Positions 24,634-30,367 of a stretch of DNA of 30,367 nt are shown in pieces; position 1 is the first letter of the stretch; the number at the start of each line of letters is the position of its first letter. The DNA lies in the IMG/VR virus record IMGVR_UViG_3300005404_000020, positions 1 through 30,367 of that record; one strand, given 5' to 3'. Source of the stretch: a virus. Lineage: Duplodnaviria > Caudoviricetes. A model generated the notes under the pieces. That model did not search any database, was not told where the DNA came from, and saw nothing but the letters and a program-made list of their open reading frames with translations. The position numbers and the translations under genes were made by a program.

Positions 24634-27600
24634 TAATTTGATACGGAATGATAGTCGCATTGTTTTCAATGCTTGTACTTCCGCTTTCTACAGTACATCC
24701 AGTAAACTGTGTCGCTGTCTTTCCTGTATATTTTATAACGCTGAGTGAACCGAAACTATCGTGTAATAGATATCCTTCATCAGCAAAGTATGCAGTTGTT
24801 GCTACAACTACAGAACCACCAATAGTACCAGAAGCACTTGATGAGAATGCAACTGGGTTTTGAATAGATGGAGGAACTAAGTTAAACTTCTCTCCAGCAA
24901 GACTATAACTAGAATCTGCTCTCTCAGTAAAGTCAGCAATAGTTATAGTTGGGAAGTATTGATCCATCAATCCTATACTCAATCCAGAAACCTTAGCAGT
25001 ACCATCATCAAATATACCATCAAAGAATGATATGGTATGTCCTGCATTAGTCTTAGTATATTGACCAATATACTCTGATGATATTCCAAATACTGCGTTA
25101 ATAATTTCTACTTGAGATCCATCTCTCTTATCAACATAATATCTATCTGCAACATCAATGACATCAACAGCATTACCACTTCTTTGAATAATAGGATCAG
25201 TAAGATATACTGTTTCTTCATATCCATCAATAACACCACTTGGAGGTGGAATAATAACAACTTCAGTTGCTTCTCTTGTTACAGAGAAATCAGCAGGAGT
25301 TTCAATTTGTCTATGAGTCTTCCTTTCAATACCACCAGCAGAAGCTGATGCACTTACCATAGTAACATCGCTTTCAGAGTCAATTGTTACTACACCACCA
25401 AATGCAACTGTAATCTCAGGAATCTGTCTGAGGTATGTACCTGCAGGCCATGTTTGAGGAGTTGTATTTTGCTGACCTCTAAGAAGTCTTAAGAATCTAT
25501 CTTCTAATTTACCATGATACTTAACAACCTCATTACCAATCATCAATAATCCATAACCATCAAACTTGGTTGTATCAGCAATGTATGCTACATGCTCATT
25601 AACTTGTAGATCAACATCAAGTAATGCTGCAGTCTCAAAGTAATTAACATTATCTAATGAATTGTTTTCAATCTCAATATTAATATACTCAACTATTTGT
25701 CTACTCATTGTTTGAATAGAGTTGAGAGATACAATATCCTGTACTTCAGCTTTAAGAACAGTTTCAGAATCCTGAAGTTTTAATACACCACCTTCTCCTT
25801 CATACTTAACAGGTTCAGGTTCAATATAAACAATTTGAGCACCCTCAGATGGAGGTTGTTGTACATCATCAGTTGGCATAGTGCCATCAGAATCAGCAGC
25901 AATTACATTAGGTTTACCAGTTTGAATTATGTCATGAATATGACGGTCTGCATCTGCTGGACTATTAATAGGAACAGAACTGATTGAATCAACACCTGCA
26001 ACTTGATTAGCAAGAACATTAACTGTTGAAATTGCTGACATTCCACTGATATTAACATCAGGGTTAACTCCAATATAGATTAAAGATACACCAATGTCTC
26101 TTTCAGATAAAATATCATATCTTCTAGATACAATTACTTTTGGAGCTGCGGAATATCCATAACCACCATTGAGTAGATCAACACTAATAACTTGACCTTT
26201 GTTGACTAGTACATTTGCACTAGCACCACCACCATTACCATCAACAGGAATAAACTCCAATATTGGAGGTGTTTCATATTGATATGCAGTTGGTTGAGTT
26301 AATGGATCATAACTACGTTGGTTCCATGTTAATTTGGTAATAGATCCATTCTCAATAGTGGCAACTACTGAGAGACCCTCTCCTCTCGTGATTCCAGTAT
26401 AAGTCTCAACTGAGACAACACCGTAAATATCATCGGTTAATGTCTCTTTATCTCTACCATCCTTACTTGTAGCTTCATTAGGTAGTGTTTTAATTCTTCT
26501 AAATCCTTCTTCACCTTCTATTCTTATCTTGTCATTATTAGCAAGATATGCAAATGGATACTTATGTGTTTTACCTAAGAAAGTACCAAACCATAAAGAA
26601 TTATCATCGGTTAATATCTTTCTTCCTACAGAATCTAATTGGAAATCTAATAATTCATTACTAATATTTTCAGTGCTAAAGGTATATGTTCTGTCATATG
26701 CTCCTTTAACAGCAAATACAAAAGGTCTACCAGATTCAATTACAGTATTCTGACATTTCAAATCATATCCAACATTATTTCCAGATCTAAATGGATTTGA
26801 TATTTCACCAATTATATTGATAGTACCATCTGCCATTGGTTGCCATACATGAATAGGACTACCAATCTTATCACCCATCCAAGCATACTTAAAGTAATCA
26901 TCTAATGCACCTGTTTGACCAGTAAATGTAAATCTAGCTTTAGCAAAATATGTATCTGGAGCATAATCAAAGATGTTAAGAATTTGACCGACATCTCTAC
27001 CATAGAGATATCTAATGTCAACCTTCATCTCTTTCAAGATAGGAACATTGAAAGTAATGTTAGGACCAGAAACTGTGTATGAATATCCTTTTCTTTGAAG
27101 TACACCATCTAAGAAGACATACATGCTGTCTTCAGATTCAATACTTTGTACTGTATTATCTTCTACGTCTAAAATTAAGAAAGGACCGTTTCTAACACCA
27201 TCAACTAAATTATAGTCAATAGTAAGTCTCTTATAATTACCAACACCAATACCAACTACTTTTTCAACTGCAGTCGGTTCACCAACTGTCTTAGCTCCAA
27301 AATCTTGATCCCAAATAGGAGCAACATCAAATTTAATTTTGTTAGGAATGACCGTCCTATCTATTAAATAAGAATCAAATAATGGATATGATTCTGTATA
27401 CTTAGGACGTTGAAGTACAGCATTAATTGTTAAGAATAGATCTTCATCCTTATCAGTATCAACTGCAGTATTATCATCCCAATATAATTCAAATTCTTTA
27501 GACTCACCATCAACAAAATCTGGTAATGTTCTAGTTACAGATTTCTCTAAAATATTATCACTTAAATTCTCATAAAGAGAATCAATTGCAGATATAACAT

Positions 27601-30367
27601 TATTACATTCTTGTCCTGTTAATAGTGGATCATGAATAATATTATAATTTGAATATGTTAATGTAGGAGTCCAATTACCTCTCTTATTAGGATCTTGAGA
27701 TACCTTCTGTACTAAACCTTTACCTTCAGTAAGGATTGTATTAAGAATTCCATTGAATGTATTAAGTGTACTTTCAACTTCAACACATGCTGGACTTTCA
27801 CTATCAACAATAACATCAGGATCAGTTGTTGGTAACTGATTTCTCATTGCTTGAATCATTAAATCCTTAGCATAAGAAAATACAGCAAGTGTTTCTGTTA
27901 ACTGATCAGTAATGTAACTTACCTTTTCTGAATCTGGATAATCATCCTTTGTATAATAAAGTTGAGCAGCTTCAACAATTTTTTCATTACCACCAAATTG
28001 AAGATGATAAACATAAGCATCAAGAATTATTCCTAGATCTCTCTCACACTTAGTAGATGAAGCACCCCAATTAAGTGATGGGTATGTTGTTTGTGCCCAG
28101 TTTAATGATGTAGAAAGAATATATGCTCTATTAAGTGCAATAAGTTGACCTCCCTTATAGAACTTTCCTCTTTGCACACCACTCCAAGAGAATGTTGCTT
28201 GCCCAGTACCAGTAAATGAAGTTGGAACTGTATAAGTAGCACCAACAGCTACTTGGAAACTATTACCTGGTGCTACTATAGCAGTGCTAGTTGGGTTACT
28301 TCCAGTTGCAACATCAGTACCAGATATACTAGTTTCTCCTACAGGTGCACCACCAGATTGACTTGAATTTGCTAATGCAACATTAGATAAAGTAACCTGA
28401 GTAGGTGAATCAATTGATATGATTTTAGTTCCTGAAGTAAATGCAGTACCAGAAGTTATAAACATACCAACAGCAAGATTGCTAGTATCACTAACTGTTA
28501 CTGTATTAGATCCACCAAAATATAGAACAGCCTCATCAGTATAATCCCAATTTCTAATAGCAAGCTTTGCTAGTCTAGTTGCATAACTAAAGACATCATT
28601 TGTTTTTGTTTTGTTGTTTTGAATATACAAATAATCATCATCACTATTAAAAATATCAGAATAATCAATAATCTTAACATTACCACCAAATCTAATATCA
28701 TGTTGATAAGCATCTAAGATTGCTCTTAAATTTGCTTCATAATCATCTTGTTTGGTTGCCCAATCTAATGATGTATGAGTCTCTTTACCATAACCAATAG
28801 TTTCATTAATAATAAACTCTGCATTCCTTTCAATTTGATTTGCAGCATCAATCCATCTTCCATTACGTTGGAAAATATTTCTAATTTTCTTTAAGTATTT
28901 TGTATTATATTGATTATCTTTAAACTGGAATATCTTACCGTAGAAAGTAACTCCTTTATAAGCAATACCATTTTTATTTCCTGCTCCTAATGGAGGATTA
29001 GCAAATGTAATCTGATCACCACTAATAGTATAAGCAACTTCAGGTTCTTGAATAACACCATCAAGAGTAACTATAATTCCTTTAGCTGATGCAGGTGTAA
29101 ATGGTGTTCCCTGATCATTAAGAATTTGGAATTGTGTTGTTCCTTGTAATTTACCATCAGCATCATAGTAACCATCAAATGTACCATTAATAGTAAACTC
29201 AAAAGCACGATTCTCATTGAATAAGAATTCACTATTAGATGCTGATCCAACACCCTTACGAATTCTAGTGTTTTCTATCTTTTGTGTAGTTTGAGTTATT
29301 ACATGAGTTGTATTCTCAACAGTAATAGTATTCTTTGCAGGATCCCAAAGTTGTATAACACTGAAATGAGATGCCTTTGGAAGTTCCTCTGGCATTGATG
29401 CTGCAGCATCAGTTTCAATATCTACTTGTCCAAATAGTTTAAATCCAGCTGGATGAGTAGTAGACTTTATTAAATCTCTCCATTGTTCAATAGGAGTTTT
29501 AGATTTAATAACATATGAATAATCTTGATAGAAATCACTATCTAATAGTTTCTGATTAGATACACCTAAACGTCCTTTATCAGAATTATAATAACCCAAG
29601 TTATCATAGAAACTAGTAATCTCTTCTGCAAACGTAGTAACAAATATAGTTTTTACTGTTGATAATACATTACTTCTTAATGTACTTTTTATTAAAACAT
29701 TCTCTCTAATAGTACCATCTATCTCTCCTATTTTAAGAAGGTTAGAACCCTTTCTATATTCTACTACCTTTGCTCTAAGAACTTCTACACCATCAATGGT
29801 TTGAACTACTGTCTCACCTTTTTGATACTCTGGTATATTGGTACCACCATCTATAGGTGTTGAAGTTATTATTGCACGATTTGTATATGTAGCAGGATTA
29901 CCCGAAGGACCGCCTGGACTAGTTGTTGTACCATTACCATATATCTCATAATTACCACCATCATAGAATGGATCATCTGGTTTATATAAAAATTCTCCAA
30001 AAGTAACTTCTGAGATAATTAAAGTCTCACCATCCCATTCACCAACTATACCTTTTGCATCTATAATTTCTACACCAGTGGCATCATCAATATGTTTTTG
30101 AGTAACCTCTTCACCTACAGTAAAAGGACCAATGTAAGTTGGAGTATTCCAATATCTTTGTCCAGCTAATTGTGATGGATTTTTTAAAGATAATACTAGA
30201 CCTGTTCCTTGAACACCTAAAACATAGCTTGAAGAATAACTAGATGCTACTGTTTTATCTTTATGGTATCCACCACCATTCTGTATGATATTAACACTTT
30301 GAGGAATTCCGATTGTAGAACTAGAAACATAAGCTTGAACATCACTTTCTATAATTCTAATTGTAGG
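24629..30367 (-). CDS. gp7: Baseplate wedge initiator gp7-like giant protein, 5'-truncated (>=1912 aa in window)
   Basis: DSDFYQDYSYVIKS..IEQWRD..HPAGFKLFG is a gp7-type motif, and the gene lies directly upstream of gp8. The frame stays open from the TTG at 29599 to the window edge (256 more codons translated by hand, PTIRIIESDVQAY...), so the ORF-track start is not the real start. Confidence 0.85.
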   Translation of the reverse strand, partial: PTIRIIESDVQAYVSSSTIGIPQSVNIIQNGGGYHKDKTVASSYSSSYVLGVQGTGLVLSLKNPSQLAGQRYWNTPTYIGPFTVGEEVTQKHIDDATGVEIIDAKGIVGEWDGETLIISEVTFGEFLYKPDDPFYDGGNYEIYGNGTTTSPGGPSGNPATYTNRAIITSTPIDGGTNIPEYQKGETVVQTIDGVEVLRAKVVEYRKGSNLLKIGEIDGTIRENVLIKSTLRSNVLSTVKTIFVTTFAEEITSFYDNLGYYNSDKGRLGVSNQKLLDSDFYQDYSYVIKSKTPIEQWRDLIKSTTHPAGFKLFGQVDIETDAAASMPEELPKASHFSVIQLWDPAKNTITVENTTHVITQTTQKIENTRIRKGVGSASNSEFLFNENRAFEFTINGTFDGYYDADGKLQGTTQFQILNDQGTPFTPASAKGIIVTLDGVIQEPEVAYTISGDQITFANPPLGAGNKNGIAYKGVTFYGKIFQFKDNQYNTKYLKKIRNIFQRNGRWIDAANQIERNAEFIINETIGYGKETHTSLDWATKQDDYEANLRAILDAYQHDIRFGGNVKIIDYSDIFNSDDDYLYIQNNKTKTNDVFSYATRLAKLAIRNWDYTDEAVLYFGGSNTVTVSDTSNLAVGMFITSGTAFTSGTKIISIDSPTQVTLSNVALANSSQSGGAPVGETSISGTDVATGSNPTSTAIVAPGNSFQVAVGATYTVPTSFTGTGQATFSWSGVQRGKFYKGGQLIALNRAYILSTSLNWAQTTYPSLNWGASSTKCERDLGIILDAYVYHLQFGGNEKIVEAAQLYYTKDDYPDSEKVSYITDQLTETLAVFSYAKDLMIQAMRNQLPTTDPDVIVDSESPACVEVESTLNTFNGILNTILTEGKGLVQKVSQDPNKRGNWTPTLTYSNYNIIHDPLLTGQECNNVISAIDSLYENLSDNILEKSVTRTLPDFVDGESKEFELYWDDNTAVDTDKDEDLFLTINAVLQRPKYTESYPLFDSYLIDRTVIPNKIKFDVAPIWDQDFGAKTVGEPTAVEKVVGIGVGNYKRLTIDYNLVDGVRNGPFLILDVEDNTVQSIESEDSMYVFLDGVLQRKGYSYTVSGPNITFNVPILKEMKVDIRYLYGRDVGQILNIFDYAPDTYFAKARFTFTGQTGALDDYFKYAWMGDKIGSPIHVWQPMADGTINIIGEISNPFRSGNNVGYDLKCQNTVIESGRPFVFAVKGAYDRTYTFSTENISNELLDFQLDSVGRKILTDDNSLWFGTFLGKTHKYPFAYLANNDKIRIEGEEGFRRIKTLPNEATSKDGRDKETLTDDIYGVVSVETYTGITRGEGLSVVATIENGSITKLTWNQRSYDPLTQPTAYQYETPPILEFIPVDGNGGGASANVLVNKGQVISVDLLNGGYGYSAAPKVIVSRRYDILSERDIGVSLIYIGVNPDVNISGMSAISTVNVLANQVAGVDSISSVPINSPADADRHIHDIIQTGKPNVIAADSDGTMPTDDVQQPPSEGAQIVYIEPEPVKYEGEGGVLKLQDSETVLKAEVQDIVSLNSIQTMSRQIVEYINIEIENNSLDNVNYFETAALLDVDLQVNEHVAYIADTTKFDGYGLLMIGNEVVKYHGKLEDRFLRLLRGQQNTTPQTWPAGTYLRQIPEITVAFGGVVTIDSESDVTMVSASASAGGIERKTHRQIETPADFSVTREATEVVIIPPPSGVIDGYEETVYLTDPIIQRSGNAVDVIDVADRYYVDKRDGSQVEIINAVFGISSEYIGQYTKTNAGHTISFFDGIFDDGTAKVSGLSIGLMDQYFPTITIADFTERADSSYSLAGEKFNLVPPSIQNPVAFSSSASGTIGGSVVVATTAYFADEGYLLHDSFGSLSVIKYTGKTATQFTGCTVESGSTSIENNATIIPYQIS
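27548..28858 (-). other. Two helical phycobiliprotein/globin-like domains in gp7; an intact one (27731-28165) is nested inside the other
   Basis: Outer: DAANQIERNAEFIINE..DDYEANLRAILDAYQHDIRFGGN..AIRNW, closing with QECNNVISAIDSLYENL. Inner: GGQLIALNRAYIL..TYPSL..TKCERDLGIILDAYVYHLQFGGN..AMRN..PACVEVESTLNTFNGIL. Confidence 0.55.

Larger units (their letters stand above)
1..30367 (-). other. T4-like (probably cyanomyovirus) late structural gene cluster: baseplate wedge and tail-fibre region
   Basis: Gene order gp7-gp8-DUF4815/VrlC-small ORF-fibre-like-small ORF-giant fibre, one coding strand, very short intergenic gaps and gp55-type late promoter motifs. Host assignment is inferred from resemblance to cyanomyovirus proteins. 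Confidence 0.9.

Noticed and set aside
24629-24780. CpG-richer 3' end of gp7 as a recombined segment
   Set aside because: Similar shifts occur at other gene ends in this window, and the stretch is too short to judge by eye.
139-26753. All plus-strand ORFs in the track (for example 139-594, 9007-9303, 10167-10580, 11754-12227, 24336-24605)
   Set aside because: They are antisense shadows of long minus-strand genes with biased codon usage, with low-complexity products and no recognisable motifs.
1193-29253. Short alternative-frame minus-strand ORFs (1193-1375, 4946-5143, 7478-7705, 10276-10467, 13792-13983, 29071-29253)
   Set aside because: They lie fully inside large genes, and their Leu/Val/Met-rich sequences are typical of shifted frames.
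29597-29599. TTG start proposed for the 1656-aa ORF
   Set aside because: The frame is open and protein-like to 30367, so the true start is outside the window.
1-30367. tRNAs, rho-independent terminators, mobile elements
   Set aside because: Intergenic gaps are 60 bp or less, and I saw no cloverleaf, no stem followed by a U-tract, and no transposase or homing endonuclease.

Overview
AT-rich, densely coding segment of a T4-like myovirus genome, most similar in gene content and order to cyanomyoviruses. It holds part of the late baseplate/tail-fibre cluster, and all genes are on the minus strand. In transcription order: gp7-like baseplate wedge initiator (5'-truncated, >=1912 aa), gp8 baseplate wedge, a 2698-aa DUF4815/VrlC-like virion protein, a 73-aa conserved protein, a 1413-aa fibre-like structural protein, a 166-aa protein, and a giant tail fibre (ATG at 9605, >=3201 aa, runs off the left edge, absent from the ORF track). 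T4-type late promoter motifs (TATAAATA/CTAAATA) lie in three intergenic gaps. Three observations stand out. (1) Four helical domains in gp7 and the giant fibre resemble phycobiliprotein beta subunits, with Cys at positions matching both bilin attachment sites (beta-84 and beta-155). (2) The fibre has a fully balanced nested, bracket-like architecture of 12 beta modules, up to about 9 insertion levels deep. (3) An RNA hairpin straddling a late promoter would sequester the start codon of the 2698-aa gene. All family assignments come from manual translation and remembered motifs; no searches were run.
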